From NCBI GenBank assembly GCA_037445875.1, contig JBBIJR010000001.1, forward strand, positions 4,429-68,428: a DNA stretch of 64,000 bases, read 5' to 3'. The translations under genes and the position numbers were made by a program. This document shows, piece by piece, positions 29,360-38,896 of this stretch. Each line of letters opens with the position of its first letter. Within the stretch, counting starts at the first letter, position 1. This stretch comes from Bacteroidota bacterium (lineage in GTDB: Bacteria > CLD3 > SB21). The notes below the pieces were generated by a model, which saw nothing but the letters and a program-made list of their open reading frames with translations, was not told the DNA's origin and ran no database searches.

Positions 29360-30508
29360 TTGGCTCACGGCTTGAATTCAATCATCACAGGCCTGATCGT
29401 GTTCATTGCTTGCTCGACACAAAGCCAGACGCCCGTGGGCATCGAAAACGCTTTTCCAGGCCTCACCTTCACCAGACCGGTGTTCCTCACCTGTGCGCCG
29501 GATGGTACCGACAGGTTGTTCGTAGTGGAACAGACCGGACGCATCCTCGTGTTCGCCAATGAAACCGGAGCATCGTCAACCGGGAAGTTCCTCGACATCG
29601 GCGAGTCCTTGAGCAGCGACGGAGGAGAAGAGGGATTGCTGGGACTGGCGTTCCATCCGCAGTATGCGTCCAACGGCTATTTCTTCGTGAACTACACCGC
29701 GCCCAATCCGCGGCGGACCGTTGTGGCCAGGTTTCGGGTCGATGGGACAGACCCCGATCGCGCGGACCCTTCGAGCGAAGTGCGGATCATCGAGATCTTC
29801 CAGCCGTATGCCAACCACAACGGAGGGATGATTTTTTTCGGCGCCGACGGCTATCTGTACATCGGGATGGGCGACGGCGGCAGCGCGGGCGATCCAGCCA
29901 ATCGCGCCCAGAACCTCGACAGCCTTCTCGGAAAGATCCTGCGCATCGATGTGAACAGTACTACGGACAGCACGGCGTACGGTATTCCGCCAGACAATCC
30001 TCTGATCGGGACCGGCCACCGGCTCGAGATCTTCGCCTGGGGCATTCGCAATCCGTGGCGCATGAGCCAGGACGCCGACGGCCGGATCTGGATGGGCGAC
30101 GTCGGCCAGAATGCATGGGAGGAAATCGCGATCGTGGACAAAGGGCAGAATCACGGATGGAGGATCATGGAAGGCCTTCATTGTTATCAGCCGAGCTCCG
30201 GCTGCGATACGGGCGGACTCACGCTGCCTCTGGTTGAATACAGCCACGGTTCCGGCAATTGTTCCGTGACCGGCGGCTACGTGTACCGGGGAAGTCGGCG
30301 ACCGGACCTGTCCGGCGCGTACCTGTACGGCGACTGGTGTACGGGCCATCTGCGCATGCTCGTATACCGGAACGGAGCGGTCGTCCGGGATTCGCTGCTC
30401 CTGGACACGCCCTTGATGATCTCCTCGTTCGGCGAAGACCGAGAGGGGGAACTCTACATGCTCGATTACCTTGGCGGCACCGTCTGGCGCCTGGTTCCGG
30501 AAAATTGA
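29360..30508 (+). CDS. PQQ-dependent sugar dehydrogenase (soluble glucose/sorbosone dehydrogenase, YliI-like six-bladed beta-propeller)
   Basis: Signal peptide, then the hallmark segments FVVEQTGRILVF, GLLGLAFHPQYASNGYFFVNYT, HNGGMIFFGADGYLYIGMGDGG and WGIRNPWRMSQD. Confidence 0.75.
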   Translation: MAHGLNSIITGLIVFIACSTQSQTPVGIENAFPGLTFTRPVFLTCAPDGTDRLFVVEQTGRILVFANETGASSTGKFLDIGESLSSDGGEEGLLGLAFHPQYASNGYFFVNYTAPNPRRTVVARFRVDGTDPDRADPSSEVRIIEIFQPYANHNGGMIFFGADGYLYIGMGDGGSAGDPANRAQNLDSLLGKILRIDVNSTTDSTAYGIPPDNPLIGTGHRLEIFAWGIRNPWRMSQDADGRIWMGDVGQNAWEEIAIVDKGQNHGWRIMEGLHCYQPSSGCDTGGLTLPLVEYSHGSGNCSVTGGYVYRGSRRPDLSGAYLYGDWCTGHLRMLVYRNGAVVRDSLLLDTPLMISSFGEDREGELYMLDYLGGTVWRLVPEN

Positions 30509-30520
30509 CAAAGGAGGACT

Positions 30521-32569
30521 ATGTTTCGCATCAACATCATAGCCGGCGCGGCGATGTGGGTCCTTGCCTCAACGGTCCCTGTCGAAGCGCAGTATTCCCT
30601 GCAATCGGCGTTCCCCAATTTGTCCGCGTTCACGAGACCGATTGAATTGGTTCATGCCGGAGACGGCACCAATCGATTTTTCCTGGTCGAGCAGGACGGA
30701 CGAATCTGGGTGTTCGAGAACAGCGCGTCGACCATGATACGCCGGCTGTTCCTCGACCTCAGCGATTCGGTCTCCCAGGGCGGCAGCGAGACGGGTTTGC
30801 TGGGGCTCGCCTTTCATCCGGATTATGAGAACAACGGGTACTTCTACGTGAACTACACCCGCACCGCCGGATCGCTGAAAAGCTACATCACCCGTTTTCA
30901 AGTCAGTTCATCCAATCCCGATTCGGCGGACGAGAGCAGCGGTCTGATCCTGATCGTGCAGAACCAGCCCTATTCGAACCACAACGGCGGCAAGGTCGCC
31001 TTTGGTCTCGATGGGTACCTGTACATCGCCCTGGGCGACGGCGGCAGCAGCGGCGATCCGCAGGGCAACGGCCAGAACCGCTCCACGATCCTAGGCAAGA
31101 TTCTGCGCATCGACGTCGACGACACTTCCGGCGGCCGCAACTATGCCATTCCGCCGACGAACCCGTACTATCAGAACACCGAGGGATTCCGCGAGGAGAT
31201 CTATTCGTACGGCATGCGCAACCCATGGAAATTCAGCTTCGATCCTCTGACGGGCCGCCTGTGGTGCGCGGACGTGGGACAAAGCAGCCGCGAAGAAGTC
31301 GATATCATCGACAACGGAGGCAACTACGGTTGGAACAAGATGGAGGGCTTTCTTTGTTATCCCAGTTCCTCGTGCGACACGGCGGGGCACGGTTTTCTGC
31401 GGCCGGTCTGGGATTATCCTCGGTCGCAGGGTCTTTCGGTGACGGGCGGTTACGTCTATCGCGGAACGGCCATACCGAACCTGGTACACAAGTACGTGTA
31501 CGGCGACTACGGGAGCGGCCGCATCTGGGCCCTCTCATTCAACGGGACGTCGTTCACCAATACGGAACTTCTCGACTCGCCTTACTCGATCAGTTCGTTT
31601 GGCGTCGACACGGCGGGCACAATCTATATTGTTTCGTACGGCACGGGCGTGATCTATAAGCTGACGGGCTCTTCGAGCGGGCTTACACTCCTCTCGCCGA
31701 ACGACGGTGAATCCTACGATCCCGGGGGCCAACTCGATATTCAGTGGCTCGCGACCGGACCGGCCAATATCGATTTGTTCTTCAAATCCGCTCCCGGCGC
31801 TGCGTGGGACACCATAGCCGCGAACGTGAATGCGGCCGATGGTTCGTACAGCTGGACGGTCCCGTCGTACGCGACGAACAAAGCGCGGATCCGCGCGTCG
31901 GAGAGCGGCGGCGCCTTGACGGACAGCAGCGATGGGTATTTTACAATTCGTCTCGCGTTGATCGCCGCATCGCGTTCGTCAATTGATTTGGACACCGTGT
32001 TCACTTCGGATATCGGGCTCGATACGCTGACGATCTGGAATCCGGGTACGGCGGAACTCGTGATCGACAGCCTACGTACCCGGACGGCGGTGTTTACGGC
32101 GACTCGAGATAGCTTTACTCTCGCCGCGTCTTCGTCCGATACGATTTCGGTAGTGTGTTCCTCATCCCAGTTGGGAGAATTCACCGACACGTTGACGATT
32201 TTCCATCGAGGCGACGGACCTTCGCTCGAGATTCCTCTGCACGTCGTATTCGTGCAGAATCCCAATTCGATCGGCGGCGGCACAAAGCCGCTCAAGTTCG
32301 TCCTGTATCCGAATCGCCCGAATCCCTTTAACAATTCCACAGTCATCAGTTACCAATTATCAGGGAATACAAGAGCCGTTCTGCGGATTTACAACCTGCT
32401 CGGGCAAGAGGTGCGCACACTGGTGAACGGGCAACAAACGGCCGGGCATCACGAAGTGTCGTGGGACGGACGGGACAATTTCGGCAGGACGGTCGCGTCG
32501 GGTGTGTATCTGTACCGGCTGGAAGCAGGCGGGCAGGTCAGGACGAAGAAGCTTGTTCTTTTGAAGTAG
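30521..32569 (+). CDS. PQQ-dependent sugar dehydrogenase paralog with a C-terminal Ser/Thr-rich Ig-like region and a T9SS C-terminal sorting domain
   Basis: Same GSDH hallmark segments (FLVEQDGRIWVF, GLLGLAFHPDYENNGYFYVNYT, HNGGKVAFGLDGYLYIALGDGG). The protein ends ...YPNRPNPFNNSTVISYQL...RIYNLLGQEVRTLVNG...GVYLYRLEAGGQVRTKKLVLLK (Por secretion tail). Confidence 0.75.
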   Translation: MFRINIIAGAAMWVLASTVPVEAQYSLQSAFPNLSAFTRPIELVHAGDGTNRFFLVEQDGRIWVFENSASTMIRRLFLDLSDSVSQGGSETGLLGLAFHPDYENNGYFYVNYTRTAGSLKSYITRFQVSSSNPDSADESSGLILIVQNQPYSNHNGGKVAFGLDGYLYIALGDGGSSGDPQGNGQNRSTILGKILRIDVDDTSGGRNYAIPPTNPYYQNTEGFREEIYSYGMRNPWKFSFDPLTGRLWCADVGQSSREEVDIIDNGGNYGWNKMEGFLCYPSSSCDTAGHGFLRPVWDYPRSQGLSVTGGYVYRGTAIPNLVHKYVYGDYGSGRIWALSFNGTSFTNTELLDSPYSISSFGVDTAGTIYIVSYGTGVIYKLTGSSSGLTLLSPNDGESYDPGGQLDIQWLATGPANIDLFFKSAPGAAWDTIAANVNAADGSYSWTVPSYATNKARIRASESGGALTDSSDGYFTIRLALIAASRSSIDLDTVFTSDIGLDTLTIWNPGTAELVIDSLRTRTAVFTATRDSFTLAASSSDTISVVCSSSQLGEFTDTLTIFHRGDGPSLEIPLHVVFVQNPNSIGGGTKPLKFVLYPNRPNPFNNSTVISYQLSGNTRAVLRIYNLLGQEVRTLVNGQQTAGHHEVSWDGRDNFGRTVASGVYLYRLEAGGQVRTKKLVLLK

Positions 32570-32963
32570 GGCGATGCTCTGAGATTGACAATCGAGAATT
32601 GGCTCACCGCTCAAGATGTCTCGCTGCGCTCACACTTGTCCCGAGGAAGCCGAGGGATGACATCCCCCCACCGCCATGTGAATGGCGTACGGTGGACATC
32701 TGCGACCACGCGTGAATGCCCTTCCTGCCGGGTTGGGTGGTGTCATGCCGAGCGCTCCGCAGGAGTGCGAGACATCCGGGGTGGCCCGATGGACTTGGGC
32801 CCCCCGCATGTCGACATGGCACAACCCCACCGCGTGGCAGCAGAGGCACGGACCGCAGGTCGAGCCGTTTCTGACGCAACCTGAAGCTGCGGCAACATCC
32901 TTTTTGAAATGGTGCGAAAGATAAGGGGATTTGACAATGGAGAAATGAAATCGGAATGGCACC

Positions 32964-34079
32964 ATGAACAAAAGCGAACGGTTGATCAGGGACCTCCTTG
33001 CCAGCGCAGGCGTCGAGGTCGGCGGCACGCGGCCCTGGGACCTCCAGGTGCACAACGAGGGGTTCTACCGGAGAGTCATCCGGGAATCCGCGCTGGGACT
33101 GGGCGAATCGTATATGGACGGCTGGTGGGATTGCGAGGCCCTCGATGAAATGATCAGCCTCATCCTCGGGGCCCGTCTCGAAGAACGTATTCGCGGGAAT
33201 TGGACGATATACCTGCACGCCCTGCGCGCCCGCCTGTTCAATCTGCAGAAACCTTCGCGAGCTTTTCAGATCGGGGAACGACATTACGACCTGGGCAACG
33301 AATTCTACCAGGCCATGCTTGACACGCGTATGAACTACACGTGCGCGTACTGGAAGGACGCGACCACCCTCGATGAAGCTCAGGAGGCGAAACTCGACCT
33401 CGTGTGCCGCAAGCTGAACCTGCAGCCCGGCCAGCGAGTGCTCGAATTGGGCTGCGGATGGGGCGGCTTCGCTCGGTACGCCGCCGAAAAGTACGGCGTC
33501 AGCATCCTCGGCGTCACGGTTTCGAAGGAGCAGGCGGAACTCGGCATGCAGATGTGCCGAGGCCTACCCGTGGAACTGCAACTGGCCGACTACCGTACGG
33601 TGCAGGGAACCTACGACGCGGTCGTTTCGATCGGCATCATGGAGCACGTGGGATACAAGAACTATCGGACGTACATGGAGGTCGTCGACCGAACGCTGAA
33701 AGAGGACGGTGTGGCCTTTATTCACACGATCGGAGGAAACGAGAGCCGGCAAACGGCCAATGCATGGAGCACAAAGTACATTTTTCCGAACGCCGTTCTG
33801 CCGTCGATCGCCCAGCTGGCACAGGCCATGGAGGGTATCCTCGTCATCGAGGACCTGCATAACATCGGTCCGCATTATGACCGGACCCTGATGGCCTGGT
33901 ATGAGAACTTCGAGCGCAACTGGCCCCGGTTCCGAGATCCATACGGCGACCGATTCTACCGGATGTGGCGGTTCTATTTGTTGTCCAGCGCCGGAGGTTT
34001 CCGGGCACGCGCCAACCAATTGTGGCAGATCGTGCTGACCCGCCCGCCGTCTCCGCAGCCGAATTGCCGTTTCACGTGA
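32964..34079 (+). CDS. cfa: Cyclopropane-fatty-acyl-phospholipid synthase family SAM-dependent methyltransferase
   Basis: CFA-synthase N-terminal region (FYRRVIRESALGLGESYMDGWWDC), SAM motif VLELGCGWGG, and CMAS-family C-terminal region. Confidence 0.8.
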   Translation: MNKSERLIRDLLASAGVEVGGTRPWDLQVHNEGFYRRVIRESALGLGESYMDGWWDCEALDEMISLILGARLEERIRGNWTIYLHALRARLFNLQKPSRAFQIGERHYDLGNEFYQAMLDTRMNYTCAYWKDATTLDEAQEAKLDLVCRKLNLQPGQRVLELGCGWGGFARYAAEKYGVSILGVTVSKEQAELGMQMCRGLPVELQLADYRTVQGTYDAVVSIGIMEHVGYKNYRTYMEVVDRTLKEDGVAFIHTIGGNESRQTANAWSTKYIFPNAVLPSIAQLAQAMEGILVIEDLHNIGPHYDRTLMAWYENFERNWPRFRDPYGDRFYRMWRFYLLSSAGGFRARANQLWQIVLTRPPSPQPNCRFT

Positions 34080-34081
34080 GC

Positions 34082-35053
34082 ATGGTCATGCAACTCCGGA
34101 ATGTCATTGTCGTAGGCGGCGGACCCGCCGGTTCGTCCTGCGCGTGGCGGTTACGCCGGCACGGTCGCGACTGCCTGGTCCTCGACCGCTCGGTGTTTCC
34201 CCGCACGAAACTCTGCGCAGGATGGATCACGCCTGCCGTCCTGCGAGATCTCGAATTCACCGTGAACGAGTACCCGCACGGCCTTGTGACGTTCCGATCG
34301 CTGTGCGTCCACGTGAACGGAAGGCACTGGCGCATTCCCACGACGCAGCATTCCATACGCAGGTACGAATTCGATGAATGGCTGCTCCGCCGATCGGGTG
34401 CGGCGGTCGAACGGTACGACGTCAAGCGTATTGAACGGACCTCGGTGGGTTTCCGCATCGACGATCGCTTCGAATGCCGCTACCTCGTCGGAGCGGGAGG
34501 AACGCATTGCCCGGTTGCGCGGACGTTCTTCGACGATCTCAATCCCCGCGGTCGTGACACCCTCATCGTCACCCAGGAGGCAGAGTTCGAGCACGAGGTG
34601 GTCAACCCGGACTGCCATTTGTGGTTTTTCGAGGAGGGGCTCCCCGGATATTCCTGGTACGTGCCCAAGGCCGCCGATCACGTGAACGTCGGAGTCGGCG
34701 GGTCTGTCTCACTTCTGGACCAGCACCGGGACCGTATTCGCCGTCACTGGGACCTCCTGGTCCAAAAACTGAGCAGAGAAGGGTTCATTAAGAACACGCC
34801 GGAGCCCAAAGGTCACAGTTATTACCTTCGTGATCGTCGGCGGGTCGTGCAGATGAACGGCGCCTTCGTCATCGGCGACGCGGCCGGTCTGGCCACGGTG
34901 GACATGGGAGAGGGCATCCATCCGGCCATCCAGAGCGGACTGCTCGCCGCGTACGCCATCGTGCATAACCGGCCGCTGAGTCTGAATTCGATAAGGGATT
35001 ATAGTTTCATTCCTCGTTTTCTCCTCCATCTCGTGGGGCGGTTTGCGGCGTGA
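34082..35053 (+). CDS. FAD-dependent oxidoreductase, geranylgeranyl-reductase-like
   Basis: NVIVVGGGPAGSSCAWRL (GxGxxG dinucleotide motif) and KLCAGWI; start 2 nt after the cfa stop, suggesting co-transcription. Confidence 0.65.
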   Translation: MVMQLRNVIVVGGGPAGSSCAWRLRRHGRDCLVLDRSVFPRTKLCAGWITPAVLRDLEFTVNEYPHGLVTFRSLCVHVNGRHWRIPTTQHSIRRYEFDEWLLRRSGAAVERYDVKRIERTSVGFRIDDRFECRYLVGAGGTHCPVARTFFDDLNPRGRDTLIVTQEAEFEHEVVNPDCHLWFFEEGLPGYSWYVPKAADHVNVGVGGSVSLLDQHRDRIRRHWDLLVQKLSREGFIKNTPEPKGHSYYLRDRRRVVQMNGAFVIGDAAGLATVDMGEGIHPAIQSGLLAAYAIVHNRPLSLNSIRDYSFIPRFLLHLVGRFAA

Positions 35054-35167
35054 TCCGGATGATCGTCCGCCCAACTTCGACTATTTCGTTTGAAAGTGAA
35101 GGTCGTTTTGCGGATATTTTGCGGGCAAAACGGTTCGTACCTTGAATCACGGTAGAAAGTCGGTGAC

Positions 35168-36814
35168 ATGAGAATCATCAAAGCCCCACGAGGCGGTCGG
35201 ATTGTCTGCAAGGGGTGGCAGCAGGAAGCGGCCATGCGGATGCTGATGAACAATCTCGATCCCGAGGTCGCGGAGAACCCCGAAGAACTCGTCGTGTACG
35301 GCGGCAGCGGCAAGGCCGCGCGCAACTGGGATTGCTTCGACGCCATCGTGCGGAGTCTTCAGCAACTGAACGGCGACGAAACTTTGCTTGTTCAGTCCGG
35401 CAAACCCGTCGGTGTGTTCCATACACACCCGGACGCCCCGCGCGTGATCCTGGCCAACTCGAACATCGTACCGCACTGGGCGACGTGGGAGAATTTCCGC
35501 CATTACGAAAAACTCGGGCTTACGATGTACGGCCAGATGACCGCCGGCAGCTGGATTTACATCGGCACGCAGGGCATCCTGCAGGGTACGTACGAAACGT
35601 TTGCCGAATGCGCGCGCCAGCATTTTGGCGGTTCCCTAAAAGGGACGATCACCCTGACGGCCGGTCTCGGCGGCATGGGCGGCGCGCAGCCGCTCGCCGT
35701 CACCCTCAACGGCGGCGTGGCGATCATAGTAGAAGTCGACCCGCACCGGATCCAACGGCGGCTCGACACGGGCTACTGCGATGAAATGGTGGGCGACCTC
35801 GACGAAGCGTGGAGAAAGGCGGAGGAATTCAAACGCAGGAAGGAAGCGCGCTCCATCGGGCTGCTCGGCAATGCGGCGGTTGTATTGCCGGAGATGATCC
35901 GGCGCAGGTACAGGCCGGATATCGTAACCGATCAGACCTCTGCGCATGATGCGCTGAACGGATACGTGCCGGCCGGACTGGAAGTCGGACAACTGGCGGA
36001 ATACCGGCAGAAGAAACCCGACGACTACATACGCCGGGCCATGGAGTCGATGGCCGTGCACGTTCGCGCGATGCTCGATTTTCAACAGCGCGGCTCGGTC
36101 GTCTTCGATTACGGCAATAACATCCGCGCACAGGCGAAGAAGCAGGGGGTGAGCAACGCCTTCGATTTCCCCGGTTTTGTCCCCGCCTTCATCCGGCCGC
36201 TGTTCTGCGAAGGCCAGGGCCCGTTCCGCTGGGTGGCGTTGTCCGGTGATCCGGAGGATATCTATACAACCGACCGTGCGATCATGGAGGCCTTTCCGGA
36301 AAAAGAATCGCTCCGCCGCTGGTTGACGGAGGCGCGGGAGAAAGTGCATTTCCAGGGCCTGCCGAGCCGCATCTGCTGGCTTGGATACGGTGAGCGCGAC
36401 CGCGCCGGCCTGATCTTCAACGAACTGGTGAAATCGGGCAAGGTCAAGGCGCCGATCGTCATCGGACGCGACCACCTCGATTGCGGTTCCGTCGCTTCGC
36501 CCAACCGCGAGACCGAGGCCATGAGGGACGGCAGCGACGCCATCGCCGATTGGCCGATGCTGAATTTTGCCATCAACGCGGTGAACGGTGCGACGTGGGT
36601 GTCGCTGCACCACGGCGGCGGTGTAGGCATCGGATACTCTCTGCACGCCGGAATGGTCATTGTCGCCGACGGGACCGACGCAGCGGCCGTCCGGCTCAAA
36701 CGTGTGCTGACGTCGGATCCCGGCATGGGTATCGTGCGCCACGCGGACGCCGGATACGAAGAAGCCATCGAGGTTGCCCGGACACGGGGCGTTGCGATCC
36801 CGATGATGAAATAG
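35168..36814 (+). CDS. hutU: Urocanate hydratase
   Basis: [51 protein letters not shown] is diagnostic for urocanase; full length ~548 aa. Confidence 0.9.
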   Translation: MRIIKAPRGGRIVCKGWQQEAAMRMLMNNLDPEVAENPEELVVYGGSGKAARNWDCFDAIVRSLQQLNGDETLLVQSGKPVGVFHTHPDAPRVILANSNIVPHWATWENFRHYEKLGLTMYGQMTAGSWIYIGTQGILQGTYETFAECARQHFGGSLKGTITLTAGLGGMGGAQPLAVTLNGGVAIIVEVDPHRIQRRLDTGYCDEMVGDLDEAWRKAEEFKRRKEARSIGLLGNAAVVLPEMIRRRYRPDIVTDQTSAHDALNGYVPAGLEVGQLAEYRQKKPDDYIRRAMESMAVHVRAMLDFQQRGSVVFDYGNNIRAQAKKQGVSNAFDFPGFVPAFIRPLFCEGQGPFRWVALSGDPEDIYTTDRAIMEAFPEKESLRRWLTEAREKVHFQGLPSRICWLGYGERDRAGLIFNELVKSGKVKAPIVIGRDHLDCGSVASPNRETEAMRDGSDAIADWPMLNFAINAVNGATWVSLHHGGGVGIGYSLHAGMVIVADGTDAAAVRLKRVLTSDPGMGIVRHADAGYEEAIEVARTRGVAIPMMK

Positions 36815-36822
36815 TACTGCCT

Positions 36823-37785
36823 ATGCGCCGCGCACAGGTCAGAGTAGCCGGTAATCAACGGCCGGAACGACTCGACACATTTCTGGCTCACACCGTCGAG
36901 CACGTCTCCCGTTCCCGCATACAGCAGCTGATCGAATCCGGTCTGGTCACCGTCAACGGCCGTCAGCCTCCTAAATCGTACCGGGTCCGGCCCGACGATC
37001 TCATCGACGTCACCCTGCCGCTGCCGGAAAAAGTCGAGGCCGTTCCCGAAGCCATTCCCCTGCGGATCGTCTACGAAGACGCGGACGTGGTCGTCGTCAA
37101 CAAGGACGCCGGTATGGTCGTACACCCCGCATTCTCCAACTACTCCGGCACGCTCGTCAACGCACTGCTTCATCACATTCAGGACCTGTCCGGGATCAAC
37201 GGCGAGCTGCGTCCGGGTATCGTGCACCGCATCGACAAGGAAACCAGCGGGCTGCTGCTCGTAGCTAAACACGATCGTGCGCACAGGTTCCTCAGCCGGC
37301 TTTTTCGCGAGCACCGGATCGAGCGCGAATACTGGGCCATCGTATGGGGCAGACCGAGGAAGAAGAAGGATACGATTCGTACGCTGATCGGCCGCCATCC
37401 GAAGGAGCGAAAACGGTTTGCCGTCGTGAAGGATGGAAAAGAGGCCGTGACCCATTACGAGGTGGTCGAGGCCTTTGATTTCCTCTCGCTCATCCGGGTG
37501 CACCTGGAAACCGGCCGCACGCACCAGATCCGTGTGCACATGGCGCACCTGGGCCACCCGGTGTTCGGGGACAAGAAATACGGAGGGAACAATCCGAATC
37601 TGGCGGGCGGGGAGCGGAGGAAACGGGTGCTGGCGGAGCGCTTGCTTTCCCTCATGCCGCGTCAGGCGCTGCACGCCCGGACGCTCGGTTTTTTTCACCC
37701 GACACGAAAAGAGCAGCTCACTTTTGGCTTGGAACTGCCGGAGGATTTTCGCCGGGTGTTGGACGAACTTAAGACAGGCGCCTGA
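36823..37785 (+). CDS. rluD: RluA/RluD-family 23S rRNA pseudouridine synthase
   Basis: N-terminal S4 domain (RLDTFLAHTVEHVSRSRIQQLIESGLVTVNG) and catalytic HRIDKETSGLLLVAK motif. Start chosen at ATG 36823; the ORF-track extension overlaps hutU. Confidence 0.85.
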   Translation: MRRAQVRVAGNQRPERLDTFLAHTVEHVSRSRIQQLIESGLVTVNGRQPPKSYRVRPDDLIDVTLPLPEKVEAVPEAIPLRIVYEDADVVVVNKDAGMVVHPAFSNYSGTLVNALLHHIQDLSGINGELRPGIVHRIDKETSGLLLVAKHDRAHRFLSRLFREHRIEREYWAIVWGRPRKKKDTIRTLIGRHPKERKRFAVVKDGKEAVTHYEVVEAFDFLSLIRVHLETGRTHQIRVHMAHLGHPVFGDKKYGGNNPNLAGGERRKRVLAERLLSLMPRQALHARTLGFFHPTRKEQLTFGLELPEDFRRVLDELKTGA

Positions 37786-37975
37786 AACACGGTTCGTGAA
37801 GAAGAACGAGTTTTCTCGCCCATAAAGAGGCATGTCTGGAGAGCATGATAGAAGACGTGCGGCACGTCCGAGTGCCTCATGCTTTGCCAACCGTCTCGAG
37901 ATCCACCGAGTGGTCGGGTCCCCACGCATCCGGTTTGTGACCGCCCGCTGTCGACATCGGTCGCTTCAGCAAGAA

Positions 37976-38752
37976 TCAGAATTCCAGCGATTCTGCAGCC
38001 CGGATCTCGAGGGTCTCGGCGTCTTGCAGAAACACGGCCACACCCAGGTGATCCTCCACCCATTCGTTCTCCGGTCGAATCGACAACCGAAACGTGATCG
38101 GGGACTGATCCTCAACGGTGCCCAGCCGCTCGAGCCGTCGCACCACAAAATCGTGCCGAAGCTCCCTGCCTGCATTCTCACCCCGGCGGACGGCCGTCAC
38201 CAGGTCGTTCTCGAAGATCGCGGCCATCACGTTACAGCGGCCCAATGCGGATGACGGCACCACGGTGACGTCCACGTCGGCACCGTTTCGGCTGAGTACC
38301 ACGGAGGCGCCGCTCGATTCCGATTGCCGTTTCCGGATTTCGTCGAGAATCCGGCTTTCGTTCGACCCGACGCACTCGGCCTTACCCTGAATAACCACTT
38401 GGGGAGTGTACAAACTGCTGAGTTGAAAGGCCTCTGCGTATTTATTCTGGCGGCGCGTGAAGGCCTTATTCGCAAATGGATCTTTCCACCCGATGTAGTC
38501 CCAGTAGTCCACGTGATAGGCCAGAGGAACCACTCGGTAACGGTAGGCTCCATCGTTCCCTAGCCGGCTCAACAGCCGGTCCGCCGCCGGGCAACTCGAG
38601 CATCCCTCGGACGTAAAGAGCTCCAGCACCACCTTGTTTGTGACTTCTTCGGACGGTTCGGGCAATCGATCAAGGGTCGGATCCTCTTTGGTCTCAACCC
38701 ATACCAAAGTGCCCATAACGACCACCCCAAGTGCCGCGATCTTCCAGAACAT
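37976..38752 (-). CDS. DUF1223-family thioredoxin-fold protein, secreted
   Basis: Signal peptide, then VVLELFTSEGCSSCPAADRLL...LAYHVDYWDYIGWKDPFA, characteristic of DUF1223. Confidence 0.65.
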   Translation of the reverse strand: MFWKIAALGVVVMGTLVWVETKEDPTLDRLPEPSEEVTNKVVLELFTSEGCSSCPAADRLLSRLGNDGAYRYRVVPLAYHVDYWDYIGWKDPFANKAFTRRQNKYAEAFQLSSLYTPQVVIQGKAECVGSNESRILDEIRKRQSESSGASVVLSRNGADVDVTVVPSSALGRCNVMAAIFENDLVTAVRRGENAGRELRHDFVVRRLERLGTVEDQSPITFRLSIRPENEWVEDHLGVAVFLQDAETLEIRAAESLEF

Positions 38753-38896
38753 GAAAGTCCTTTCTGTTTGCCGGTTGGAATACTAACGCTGCTGCCGCTG
38801 CAATCATTCCCGGCAGAAAAACTCTTGCAATTATTCATGATGTGGACGAAATTAGACTTCGAATTCCTTTCTCGCCACCCGGCCTTTCACATCGTC

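Noticed and set aside
36262-37929. 555-aa minus-strand ORF antisense to the hutU 3' end and rluD
   Set aside because: It overlaps two well-supported plus-strand genes and has no recognisable domain.
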